In this document: piece after piece, positions 43,859-54,982 of the stretch
How the letters are laid out: each line of letters begins with the position of its first letter
Numbering within the stretch: the first letter of the stretch is position 1
Assembly (NCBI RefSeq): GCF_016432865.1
Contig: NC_067403.1
Location: forward strand, 254,820,001 to 254,884,000
DNA length: 64,000 bases
Origin: Antechinus flavipes
Taxonomy: Eukaryota
Direction: 5' to 3'
Program-made: the position numbers and the translations under genes
Notes under the pieces: model-generated
Told to the model about the DNA's origin: nothing
Databases searched by the model: none
The model's input: only the letters and a program-made list of their open reading frames with translations

Positions 43859-44149
43859 GAGCCCGGGGCCGCCTCCCTCCCGGCACCGTCCCCAGGCCCG
43901 CTGGCTCCCCCCACAGCTTCCCGGCCCCCCGTGCACTCCCGAACACACACAGCGCTTCCAAGCCCCGCCTCGTCAGCCCCCTCCCAGGGGCCGGGAAAGG
44001 GGGGCCAGCCGAAGGGCGGGGGCACATGGGGAGAGCCCCCGCCCAGGCCATGCGGTCTGATCTCTCCCGGCGGGGCAGTCTGGCTAACACCCCCCCTCCC
44101 CCCGCCCCCCCAGGGCGGTCAGAGGCCCAGGCACGAGGTTTTCTGTGTT

Positions 44150-44155
44150 TTTATT
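44150..44155 (-). terminator. TRPT1 polyadenylation signal
   Basis: TTTATT on + (AATAAA on -), about 50 nt beyond the TRPT1 stop. Confidence 0.75.
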
Positions 44156-44167
44156 TGTCATCTTATA

Positions 44168-44173
44168 AATAAA
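44168..44173 (+). terminator. FERMT3 polyadenylation signal
   Basis: AATAAA about 310 nt after the stop codon. Confidence 0.75.
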
Positions 44174-44207
44174 TATTTCGTGGTTGAACACTCCCCAAGC
44201 TCTTTCC

Positions 44208-46035
44208 TCAAGTGTTGGCTGAGGGGTCCTGGTGACTGCTCTGACCCTCTGTCTCCTCTTCATCCAGAGGGAGAGGCCTCCCTGAGGCAGAGAAAGGGTT
44301 GGGATACGGGGGGTGAGGGGGTGAGGGGGGGGAGTGGGAACAGGGAGGGAGAGGTCTGAGGGCAAGAGGCAAGGGCCCGGCCCCTCCCCCCCCCCGGGCT
44401 CCAGAGTGGGGGGACTCACTTGGGGAGCCCAGCTGCAGGGCTTCCTTGAAGTACTTGGGAGGCAGGAAGCCCCTGGCGTCCCCCGGAGTCAGGATCACCC
44501 CGTTAGCCGAGCAGAAGAAGGGGATTCCATCTGTGGGGAAAGCTCTGCTTGGAGGCCGTTCCCTGGGAGTCGCTGCCCCGTACCCCACTTCCAGCGGGAC
44601 TCACCAGCCAGGGCCGAGGGCCCGTCGATGAACACGGCCACCTCGCAGTCCGGGCGCATCCCTGGGGGACAGAGTCGCACGTGGCACCGGGCACCAGGGG
44701 CCTCCCCCACCCCCCGGGAGGGCGGGGCCCACTAACCGCTGAGAGCGTGGGTCTCCCCGGGCAGGCTGGCGCACAGGTGGATGTGGGTTCTCCCACGCCG
44801 AGACAGCCCCTCCCGCCGGATGGAGCGCCAGTGGCGCCGGTAGGTCCCGTGGACCAGAACGGGAGGCAGGTCTTGGGGGGCGCTGAGGGGGGTCAGCTCC
44901 AGGTCGGCCACCTGCCAGGAGGAGCAAGGAGGGCGTCACCCCTTCGTTCCCCCAGGACCTTATTCCACCACTTTACAGAGAAGGAAACTGAGGCAGGGAG
45001 GCCTCCCCAACTCCACCCAGGGAGGAGCCCGAGCTGAGACTCCCCGAGCTCGCCTCAGAACCCCTCGTGCAGGGCAGGAAACGGAGGCTCACAGCTCCAA
45101 GAGCCCCGTCCTGGTCCTCCAGACCCACGCCTCGAGCCCCTCCCTGGGTAGGGACCCCCTGTGGGGGGGGACTGCCCGGGGCCTCCCCCACCCTGCCCCA
45201 GCTTCCAATCTGCCCCCACCTGCAGGGAGTGGCCCTGGTTGGCCCGGATGGAGGCGCAGCCGCCCGGGGGGCCGGGGCGCAGGGCGAACCGCTGCTTGGC
45301 GTTGGTTCTGACCACCCGGCGCACGTCCTCCTCGGAGAAGTCCCGGAACTGGGCCAGCCGGAGGAGGGCGTCCAAGGGCACGAAGCCGTCTGCAAGGGGG
45401 CGAGAGGGGTCCTGCCTCGGGCACCAGCCCGCACTCATTAAGCACCTCTGGGCACACGGGAGGCACTTAATGAATGCTGGGGGATTGCCCGGGGGGGGGC
45501 GCAGTGGAAGGTCCCTGTGGCGGTCACTCACATTTTACAAGCACTTCGGGCCGGGCCTCTCAGAGACACCTTGGGGGAGGGGCGCCTTATCAGCCTGGGG
45601 AAACTGAGGCAGGCTGCCCTGCCCAGCGCCACAGGGGGTTTCACGGCAGGAGTTGAGCTGAGACCGTGACTTCCCAGGGCTGGTCTCCCCCCTCCCCAGG
45701 GCTGCCCCCCAGGGAGCGCGCCTCCATGCCCGAGGCTTACCTGAGCCCATGGGCAGCCCCATCTTAACGGCCCCGTGGCGCAGGGCATAGGACAGAGCCT
45801 TGGAGAGCCGCACATCCGGGTCCTGAAACAGAGGCCAGCCTGGTGCTCAGCCCTTCCCGCCAGCAGGAGCCGCCCCCCCACCTCCTCCCTCGTCCCCTGG
45901 GGGGGGAGGGGGGAGTCAACTGCCTCTCCCGTGAGGCTAGGCCCCGTGCTCCCGAGAAGCCCCCCCGCCCCGGGCTGGGCAGGAGCTCACCTGCTCTCGG
46001 GGCCTCCGGGCCCTTCTTCCCCCGGGGGGGTTCAT
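44208..46035 (-). CDS. TRPT1: tRNA 2'-phosphotransferase 1 (Tpt1/KptA family), 237 aa
   Basis: Exons 46035-45991, 45822-45741, 45389-45220, 44911-44737, 44661-44605, 44530-44420 and 44281-44208 sum to 714 nt. Motifs LSKALSYALRHG, KQRF, IRANQGHS, LVHGTY, RTHIHL, GIPFFCSANGVILTPG and PPKYF are all intact. Confidence 0.97.
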
Positions 46036-46428
46036 GCCCCCCACGCCCCAAACCTAGGAACAAGGAGTCAGACACAGGGAGCTGTCCAAGGTCACAGGAG
46101 GGGAGGGGCGCCCAGGACCCCCAAGCCAAGGCATTTTCAGTCCAGCCGGGGGGGGGGGGCTGCTTCTGCTCCCCCCCATGTCCTCCCCTCCCCCTCGTGC
46201 CCAGGCCGTGAACTGGGGTGGGCGGGTACAGTGAAGGGGGGGAGGGGCAGAGACCCTCAGGCCCTGGCAGCCGGGCCAGGCAGGGGGCAGAGCGGGAGCT
46301 TCTGAAGGAGACTCCCGCTCCCTCCCTCCCTCTGGGCGGCCTTGGGCAAGGCCCAGCGCCCCATGGGGCCTCAGTTTCCCCATCTACAGAGGGGGTGGAA
46401 TCGATGGGCCCGGAGGGGCCGTCCTCAC

Positions 46429-46519
46429 CGGATCCGGCACAGAGGAAGCCAATGAGAAGTGGGGACTGGAGGGAGGGAGGAGGGAGGGAGGGGGAAGGCG
46501 CTGCTTCCGCTTTCCTGAA
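46429..46519. promoter_or_regulatory. Compact bidirectional TRPT1/NUDT22 promoter with both non-coding first exons
   Basis: Minus-strand donor CG|gtgagg at 46429, plus-strand donor GAA|gtaagg at 46519, CCAAT at 46449 and ETS-like CTTCCG near 46504. Confidence 0.6.
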
Positions 46520-46570
46520 GTAAGGGGAGGAGCCAGACCCAGCTGAGCCGGAGGCCGGAAGCAGCCACAG

Positions 46571-46917
46571 TAGCAGCAGCAGCAGCAGCAGGAGCAGAAG
46601 GAGGAGCAGGAGCAGCTGCAGGAGGAGATAGGAGGAGGGAGGAAGAGGAAGAGGAGGAGGAGGAGGAGGAGGGAGGAAGAGGAAGAGGAGGAGGAGGAGG
46701 GAGGAAGAGGAGGAGGACCAGCAGTACCAACACTAGCAGCCCCAGCAGCAGAGGAGGAAGAGGAGGACCAGCAGTACCAACACTAGCAGCCCCAGCAGCA
46801 GAGGAGGAGCAGGAGGAGGAAGAGGAGGACCAGCAGTACCAACACTAGCAGCCCCAGCAGCAGAGGAGGAGGAGGAGGAGGAAGAAGAGGAGGAGGAGGA
46901 GAATCAGCAGCAGTAGT
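46571..46917. repeat. CAG/GAG triplet-rich array with three copies of a ~50-bp unit, NUDT22 intron 1
   Basis: gaggaggaccagcagtaccaacactagcagccccagcagcagaggag x3, embedded in (CAG)n/(GAG)n. Confidence 0.9.
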
Positions 46918-47087
46918 CATAGGTGGGAGCTGCCCACGGTCAGTCCTGGGCCGGCCCAGGGGGCATCTGGGCAGCACAGCGGGGGCTGGAACTTCACGAG
47001 AGAACTTCAGTTGGCAGGAGCCGCCCTCCGGGGCAGGGGGGACTTTGCCCGCCTCTCCCTGCCAGATCCTGCCTCCCTCCCCACTCT

Positions 47088-50000
47088 ATGGATCCCGAGG
47101 TCTCCCTTCTGGTCCAGTGCCCGCCGGGGGGGCTTGCCGAAGAGCGGGTGCGGGCAGAGTTGAGCCCAGCCTATGACCGGCGCCCGCTGCCCGGAGGAGA
47201 GGACTCCATCACCGAAGCTTGGAACGCCCGCCGCCAGGCCCAGCCCTGGCTCTTCAATGCTCCCAAGTTCCGGCTGCACTCGGCAGCCCTGGGGTCCCCC
47301 GAGCCCGGGGGGCCCCGCCTGACCCTGCGTCTGGGTCTCACCTCTTACCGGGACTTCCTGGGCACCAACTGGGCTAGTTCAGCGGGCAGGCTTCGGTGTC
47401 AAGGGAGAGCAGACTGGGGAGATGCCCAGGCCTACTTGGCAGACCCCCTGGGAGTGGGGGCCATGCTGGGCACTTCGGACGGTTTCTTGGTCTTTCTGCG
47501 CCGGTCTCTGAGGGTGGCTGAGGCCCCCGGGCTGATAGATGTGCCAGGGGGGCACCCCGAGCCTCAGGTGAGCACCTACTCCCTACAGAGAGCCCCCAGA
47601 CTTCCAAAACCCAAGCACTCTGGGTAGCAGGAGACCTAAAAACAAGGGGGGGGGGAGGGCTTGGGGAGCTGCACTTTGGGGGGCTCATTTCCCCTTCCTC
47701 TTACACCCTCTCACTGTCCGGAGCTGTGGAGGGAAAGACCTAGGACGGGAGGCCTGAGGACCTACCTGAGGAGGGCAAGCACTGTGATAGGAAGAAGTAG
47801 GGCGAGGGGGTCACAGGCAGGCAGTGGTCCGCCTAGCCCCCGGTATCTTCCTCTTTCCCCACACCGGCATCTACAAGGCAAACAGGAGACAGTTAACGCG
47901 TTTGTTGAGTGAGGGAAATGGGATTAAGGTAGAGAATGACTGAGGGAACGAGCAAGATGGACCAAGTTGAGTCAAGGGCCCGGGAGGCAGGACACCAAAC
48001 ATGGCACCGGGATGGACTGGCTTCAGATCCTGCCTCCGTCGCCTGCTTCTCCAGCAAGAGGATGTTTGTCTAGTCTAGCCTCGCACCTTCTCTGTGCCTC
48101 ATTTCCCACGTGGCTCCCTTCCAGGTCTATGACCCCGTGATTCTATCTTCTAGTAAAGATGGCGACATGGATGGAGACAGAGGCATGATGGGTTGGAAAC
48201 GATCCAAGGCGTTTTATTGGGAGGAAGGACATGAGCAGCTGGGAGCACCAGGAAGGGTCTCACAAAGAAGGGGTGGGTGGAGTCAAGATGGCAGAGTAGA
48301 GGCTGGGATTCCAAGAGGAGGAGCTGATGGGGGGAGGGGNNNNNNNNNNNNNNNNNNNNNNNNNNNNNNNNNNNNNNNNNNNNNNNNNNNNNNNNNNNNN
48401 NNNNNNNNNNNNNNNNNNNNNNNNNNNNNNNNNNNNNNNNNNNNNNNNNNNNNNNNNNNNNNNNNNNNNNNNNNNNNTAAATGAGATTTGAACTCAGGTC
48501 CTCCAGACTTCTGGTGCTCTATCCACATCACCACCTAGCTGCCTCTGAAACTAGCACTTCTTAAGCAGCAACCGTGTGCCTGGCACTGGGCTGAGCCCTC
48601 AGCAAAAAGTTTTTCATTTGATCCTCACAACCACACTGGGGAATAGATGCTATTATCATCCCCATTTGACTAATGGGGAAACTGAGGCAAAGATTCAATA
48701 ACTTATGCAGTCACATGGATGTAAGCATCTGAAGTATCTCAGTTCTTCCTACCTCCGGGCCGGGGCTTTCTCCCATGAGCCTCCTGGCTATCTGATAGGG
48801 GAGTTTCTACATGTTATTTTGGGCAATAAAAAGCCACGGAAATGTTATAACATGATTAGAGCTGGACTTTCCGAAATTCCCTTTGGTGGCTGAGTGGAGG
48901 AGGGACTTTGGGGAGGGGAGGCAGGCTGACCCACCCCGGAGCTATTGCAATAGTCCAGGGGGGAGAGGATGTGAGTTTACACTAGGGTGAAAGTGGCCAT
49001 GTAAGAGGGAAAGAGGGAGAGGAAGACTGGAGATAGAAACAGGGTTTACAATCCATTAGCTACTTGAGGTGAGTGAAAGTGGAAAGAGTTGCAGAGGACA
49101 GGCTACTGAGGTGACCTTGGTAGATATAGGGAAGTAGAACCAACAGGTATTCCTTAAACACCCACTGTGTGCTAGGCACTGAGCAACAGGTACTTCTTAA
49201 ACACCTATTGTGTGTTAGGCACTGAGCCAAAGGTACTTCTTAAATACCTACTGTGTGCTAGGCATTGAGCCAACAGGCATTCCTTAAACACCCACTGTGT
49301 GCTAGGCACTGAGCCAAAGGTACTTCTTAAATACCGACTGTGTGTTAGGCACTGAGCCAACAAGTACTTCTTAAACACCTATTGTATGTTAGGCACTGAG
49401 CTTACAGATATTTCTTAAACACCCACTGTGTGCTAGGCACTGAGCCAACAGGTACTTCTTAAACATCTATTATGTGTTAGGCACTGAGCCAACAGGTATT
49501 CCTTAAACACCCACTGTGTGCTAGGCACTGAGCCAAAGGTACTTCTTAAATACCCACTGTGTGCTAGGCATTGAGCCAACAAGTACTTAAACACCCACTG
49601 TGTGTTAGGCACTGAGCCTACAGATATTTCTTAAACACCCACTGTGTGCTAGGTACCACACTAAGTGCTAGAAGCTGGAGGAGTGACGAGTTCCCTGCAG
49701 TCTCAGAGATGGGGGGCGGGGGGGTCTGAGACTCTTGGGGCACAGAAGGCGCTGACTGCATTGTCTGGGGGAGCTCCTCCTGCCAGGGAGGTCCAGGTCC
49801 ATTCTCTGCACCTTTTACTGGGTCACAAGGAGCCGATGGCTGACGGGGTTAATGGCCAAGGGGTGTCACAGCCCCTAAGCCAGAGCTGGCTCTCTTCTGG
49901 TCAGCCCATCCCCTCTCGTGTCCTCTCCCAGCCTGATGTGCTCCAGTGGGGCTGGGAGGAAGGGGCCCGCCTGGAGCCCTGGACTAGGGGGCCGGAGGAC

Positions 50001-51475
50001 AGGGAGTGAGCCCAGGCTCCTTCCTTGTAGGCCCTGTTTCCAGGGGAGTCTCCCCGGCACGAAGATCTGCCCGAGGATCTGGTGGTTCGGGAGCTGTTCT
50101 CCTCCATTCTGCAGGAGATCCGGGACGAGGTGAGGGCCGCGGGAGGGTGGGGGGAGGAAGGGGGGGAGCGGGGCTGGGGCAGTGCCCCCTGACCTCAGAC
50201 CCCTTCCTCCCCAGGTGAATCTGCCATTGTCTACTCTGAGCCGTCCCCTCCTCCTGGGCATTGCCCGCAACGAGACCAGCGCGGGAAGGGCCAGCGCAGA
50301 ATTCTATGTCAGGTACCGGGCACCCTGCGGGGGCTGGGGCTTCCTTCTGGCGGCAGATTGGGGGGAGGCATCTGCAGAGGCCTTCTGGGAAACGGCGGCT
50401 TTTTGGGCACAAGCAGCCGGCCTTTCCTCTGCTCCGCCAGCCCCGCCGTTCGGGGGCGTTTGGGGTGTCCAGGGGGCTGGCGGCACAGAAGGGCTCAGTT
50501 TCAAACCCTGCTCCTGATTTTCTGGAGGCCGGCTTGGGGAGGATTGAGCCTTTGGGCCCTGGCCGGAGGGGATCGGCCTTGCCCTCTGAACTTTGTCTCC
50601 CCTTCCCTTAGCTGTAGCCTGACCTCTGAGCAGGTGAGGACCCTCTACATGACTGGAGGCCTGGAAGCCCACGAGTCCACAGACATCATCTTCATGGAAA
50701 CACAGGTGAGGACTGGGAGGCGGGATGGAGGATCAGCCAGGCGGGGGGAGGGGGGAGGACCCCGGGTACCCTGCATCAGCCGGGGGGGGGAGGACCCCCG
50801 GTACCCTGCATCAGCCGGGGGTGGGGCAGGGGGAGGACCCCCAGGTACCCTGCATCAGCCGGGGGTGGGGGGCACCCCGGGTACCCTGGATCAGCCAGGT
50901 GGGGGGAGGGGGGAGGACCCCGGGTACCCTGCATCAGCCGGGGGTGGGGGGCACCCCGGGTACCCTGCATCAGCCGGGGGGGGGGGGAGGACCCCGGGTA
51001 ACCTGGATCAGCCAGGCGGGGGGAGGGGGGAGGACCCCGGGTACCCTGCATCAGCCGGGGGGGGGAGGACCCCGGGTACCCTGCATCAGCCGGGGGTGGG
51101 GCAGGGGGAGGACCCCCAGGTACCCTGCATCAGCCGGGGGTGGGGGGCACCCCGGGTACCCTGGATCAGCCAGGTGGGGGGAGGGGGGAGGACCCCGGGT
51201 ACCCTGCATCAGCCGGGGGGGGCACCCCGGGTACCCTGCATCAGCCAGGCAGGGGGAGGACCCCCGGGTACCCTGCATCAGCCAGGCGGGGGGAGGGGGG
51301 CACCCCGGGTACCCTGCATCAGCCGGGCGGGGGGAGGGGGACCTAAGCCCAAGCCTGTCTGTCCCCACAGAGAGTCCGAGGCCTGCAGGAGGAATCCGAA
51401 GCTTGGGGCGAGCTCTGTCCCTCGGCCAAGGGCGCCATTTTGCTCTACAACCTGGTCCAGGCCAGGCCGGTGTGA
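47088..51475 (+). CDS. NUDT22: Nudix hydrolase 22 (UDP-glucose/UDP-galactose pyrophosphatase), 291 aa
   Basis: Exons 47088-47567, 50031-50129, 50215-50312, 50612-50705 and 51371-51475 sum to 876 nt. Reads [15 protein letters not shown]...[10 protein letters not shown]|ALFPG...QEIRDE|VNLP...[21 protein letters not shown]. Confidence 0.98.
48340..48477. other. Assembly gap (138 N), NUDT22 intron 2
   Basis: Run of N. Confidence 1.
48478..48790 (-). mobile_element. Marsupial-type SINE end, L2 tail and MIR cluster next to the N gap
   Basis: gatttgaactcaggtcctccagact...ccacctagctgcc, then gtgcctggcactggg, then atcctcacaacc...cccatttgactaatggggaaactgaggc. Confidence 0.65.
49138..49665. repeat. 43-44-bp minisatellite x12 derived from an L2 3' end
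   Basis: Unit gagccaacaggtaYtYcttaaaYaccYactgtgtgYtaggcact. Confidence 0.9.
50731..51342. repeat. G-rich variable-length minisatellite x15 (cccgggtaccctgcatcagcc + G-run), NUDT22 intron before the last exon
   Basis: Fifteen gtaccc cores separated by G tracts of variable length. Confidence 0.93.
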
Positions 51476-51533
51476 GCAGGGCCCGCCCCCTTCCCCAGCT
51501 CACACCCACCCTTCTGTCCTGGGCTGTCCAGAC

Positions 51534-51539
51534 AATAAA
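51534..51539 (+). terminator. NUDT22 polyadenylation signal
   Basis: AATAAA 59 nt after the stop codon. Confidence 0.8.
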
Positions 51540-52239
51540 GGATTCATTCTTGGAGCGCCTCGTCCCAGAAGGTGCCGGAAGCGATTGTGCCTCAGTTTCT
51601 CCCGATGGACAAAGAAGCAGGGCCCCCATGCGCACGCGGGGAGGGGTTGGGCGGGCCCTTGCTAGTCCCGGGGCTTCTCAGCCTCGGTGGGTCCGGGAGC
51701 CCCAGCGCCTGCCGGCCCCCTCCTCCGCATGGGTGTCTGACGCACACAAGACCCAGGAGTATAAGGAACAACTTCTGCGGAAATGCCGTCCCACTATTTT
51801 TAAAAGCCCCCCAGGCCCCTGAGAAGGAAGCCCTGATCTTCATTTAACAGCCCGGGAAACTGAGGCACAAACAGGCCAGTAATTTACCTCCGGGGACGCG
51901 CTCTATGACCCGGCACCGCTCTTCCCGGCTCTCGGCCTGTTTCCCCCCTCCCCGCCTCGCGTGTGCGCGGGGAGCTGAGGGTCCGGGTTGCAGTCCCGCC
52001 TCGGGCCCGGATTCCCTATCTGACCTTGGACACGTCACTTGACCTGGGGCCTCAGTTGCCCCCTCGGAAGAACTAGGGGAGGAGCTCTGAGGACGCCCTC
52101 CGCCCCTCCTCCCCAGCCTGGGCCCCTCCTCACAGACACGCACCCCTCGAGGCGGCCGAGGAAGAAGGGGAGGGCCTGGGGGCGGGACCTTAACGCAGAG
52201 CCCCGCCCCTTACGTCTTCGCCGCTAGATGGGCGGACCT

Positions 52240-52423
52240 AAGGGCTCTAGGGCCAATGAGAGCAGCTGAGGACGGGAGGTGGGTGGGCGGTGTCAACCGA
52301 TTTTGCGAGCTCAGTAGACGGGACTAGAAGCACACGGACCAATTGAGAGATCCGGGGGCGGGAAGAGGCGGGCCTGAGCGGGAGAAGGAAATGGCGGCGC
52401 GGGCGTCGGGCTCCGGAGCTCCT
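52240..52423 (+). promoter_or_regulatory. DNAJC4 promoter and exon 1 (donor at 52423)
   Basis: CCAAT at 52253 and 52339, GC boxes, a YY1-like AAATGGCGGC at 52389-52398, and donor CCT|gtgagt. Confidence 0.7.
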
Positions 52424-53049
52424 GTGAGTGTCCTGGAGGACGTGGGGGGGAAGGGGGTGGTCGGAGGCGGTGCGTGGGGGCGGGGCTTCGCACCGCGGCC
52501 CCTCCCCCAAATCAAGGTTGGGGGGCGGAGGGACGCCGGCCTAGTTTGCGGGGCCGGGACGTTGGGTCTCTTTCCCGGGTGAGGAAGGTTGGAGTAGCGG
52601 CTTCCTTTGCCTCAGTTTCTCCCCTGGGGGTGAGAATCTGCCCCTCCTCCAGCACTCCTCAGGACGGGCCCCCTCCTCCCGTCAGCCTCCCCTTCCCCGC
52701 TGGAAAGGACCCCCAACGCAGGACGCCCCAGTGCCCTCTTGTGTCAGATTCCCGGGTCTCTGACGGGCCCCGATCCCAGACGCTCCTCTCCCCAGGGTCA
52801 GCTTTCCGAAGCCTTCAGAGTCAGAAACCCCAGGTCCCCCAGCGACAGGCCCCCAAGTCAGTCAGACCCCCCAAGGCCCCCAGCACCAAATCCCCGTGTC
52901 TGCCCCTGATGTCCCCTGATACCAAAGTCAGCTCTTCAGTGTTTGAGACCTTCAGTGTCCCCAGTAAATAAGGCCCCCAAAGCCCCTGCACCCGGTGGTG
53001 AATCAAGTAGAACAAGGAGCCTGCAGTCAGGCAGACCCTTCCTGTCTAT

Positions 53050-53215
53050 GCAGTCCTGGGCACCTCACCTCACCTGTGTCTACCTCAGTTGTCTCAACTG
53101 TAAAGTAGGAATCATCCCAGCACCTGCCGGCCGATGGTTGTGAGGAGCAAATGAGGTAATGTTTGTAAAGTGCCTCGCACGTAGTAGGTGCTTAATAAAT
53201 GCTTTTGTTCCCTTT
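53050..53215 (+). mobile_element. MIR 3' part with L2-like tail
   Basis: cctcagttgtctcaactgtaaagtagg...gttgtgaggagcaaatgagg...gtaggtgcttaataaatgc. Confidence 0.65.
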
Positions 53216-53225
53216 TCCCAGCATC

Positions 53226-53985
53226 CCCCAGTGGAAGACAAACCTCCAGTGTGAGACCCCCCAGTGTCCCCCAGTGTGAGACCCCCAGTGTCCCCCAGTG
53301 TGAGATCCCCAGTGTGAGACCCCCCAGTGTTCCCCAGTGTGAGATCCCCAGTGTGAGATCCCCAGTGTGAGATCCCCAGTGTCCCCCAGTGTGAGATCCC
53401 CAGTGTGAGATCCCCAGTGTGAGATCCCCAGTGTCCCCCAGTGTGAGATCCCCAGTGTGAGACCCCCCAGTGTTCCCCAGTGTGAGATCCCCAGTGTGAG
53501 ATCCCCAGTGTGAGATCCCCAGTGTCCCCCAGTGTGAGATCCCCAGTGTGAGATCCCCAGTGTGAGATCCCCAGTGTCCCCCAGTGTGAGATCCCCAGTG
53601 TGAGATCCCCAGTGTGAGATCCCCAGTGTCCCCCAGTGTGAGATCCCCAGTGTCCCCCAGTGTCCCCCAGTGTGAGATCCCCAGTGTGAGACCCCCCAGT
53701 GTGAGATCCCCAGTGTCCCCCAGTGTGAGGTCCCCCAGTGTGAGGTCCCCAGTGTGAGACCCCCCAGTGTCCCCCAGTGTGAGATCCCCAGTGTCCCCCA
53801 GTGTGAGATCCCCAGTGTCCCCCAGTGTGAGACCCCCAGTGTCCCCCAGTGTGAGATCCCCAGTGTGAGATCCCCAGTGTCCCCCAGTGTGAGATCCCCA
53901 GTGTGAGATCCCCAGTGTCCCCCAGTGTAAGACCCCCCAGTGTCCCCCAGTGTGAGATCCCCAGTGTGAGATCCCCCAGCGTCCC
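53226..53985. repeat. Two-unit minisatellite (ccccagtgtgagat 14-mer / cccccagtgt 10-mer), DNAJC4 intron 1
   Basis: About 760 bp of interspersed 14- and 10-nt variants. Confidence 0.93.
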
Positions 53986-54280
53986 CCGTTATGGGCTAGA
54001 ACTCTGAACTTGAAACAAAGGATTCTTGCAAGGTGCCAATCAGTGGAATTGACAGAGACCATGGTTATCTACTTTAGCCTGGCTCCGTATGATTGATCTG
54101 GTCCCGCAAGGAGATGTTCTGGGCCAGAACTTGAAATAAGGCACTAAGTGGAATGGCGGAGACAGTGGCTAAATCTGGTTTAGCATTGATTTGATCCTAC
54201 GACAAATAATGGGTTCCCAGTGACACAGTGACTGGTTTGGGCTCATTGTGGGGCATAGAAGGAGGAGCTCCCAGGGCCCA

Positions 54281-54508
54281 GAGGCCGGTCACTCTCGGAA
54301 GCCTGCCGCTCTCGGAGGCCCGCCGCTCTCGGAGGCCCGCCGCTCTCGGAGGCCCGCCGCTCTTGGAGGCCGGTCACTCTCGGAGGCCGGTCACTCTCGG
54401 AGGCCCGCCGCTCTCGGAGGCCGCTCACTCTCGGAGGCCCGCCACTCTCGGAGGCCCGCCGCTCTCAGAGGCCGCTCACTCTCGGAGGCCCGCCGCCCTC
54501 GGAGGCCC
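54281..54508. repeat. 17-bp minisatellite (ctctcggaggcccgccg) x ~13, DNAJC4 intron 1
   Basis: Tandem units with ccggtca/ccgctca variants. Confidence 0.92.
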
Positions 54509-54982
54509 GGACAGATTCACGCCATGGGCCGGCCTTGCTGTGGCTGGAGGCGGAAGCACCAACCCTCCCAGAGAGAAGGAGGGAAGGCAGAAGAGGGGGC
54601 GGGCTGTGCTGTGGAGGACGCTGCCCCCAGGTCCGGGAGGCCTCCAGAAGGCTCGCCGGGCCCCAGTGAAGGAGACAGGACTTGGAAGGAGACAATAAAG
54701 GATCTGGACTTTAACCCCCGGCTGCGTGTGGTGATTACTGAGCTGTCCGAAGGCTGCTCCCAGAGACCCAGGAAACGGAAACAGAGAACGTTACATCTTA
54801 GAGACAACACTACGTCCCCCAACGAGGACAAGACCCCGGGGATCCCCAGGGGCAGAGGCCTCCCGCTCCAATGTCCTTTCCCCATTGACAGAGAATGTCC
54901 CCCAGGGTCCCCCCAAGGGATCAGCTGGTCAGGGGCAGCCTGGGTGACTTTCCTGTGTCCTGCCCTCCCCCCAGGAACAGAG

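Noticed and set aside
46571-46917. Possible polyGlu/polyGln coding exon
   Set aside because: The Glu/Gln frame has a TAG in each repeated unit, and the region lies between the NUDT22 exon 1 donor and exon 2 acceptor.
48340-48477. Missing NUDT22 exon hidden in the N gap
   Set aside because: The flanking exons join in frame (PEPQ|ALFPG) as in the orthologues, and the gap is flanked by SINE sequence.
50358-51822. 435-aa and 365-aa Gly/Pro-rich ORFs
   Set aside because: Read-through of the intronic minisatellite; the spliced NUDT22 model explains the true coding parts.
53112-54062. 316-aa ORF of GISHWGSHTGDLTL repeats
   Set aside because: Translation of the 14/10-mer minisatellite; no splice or homology support.
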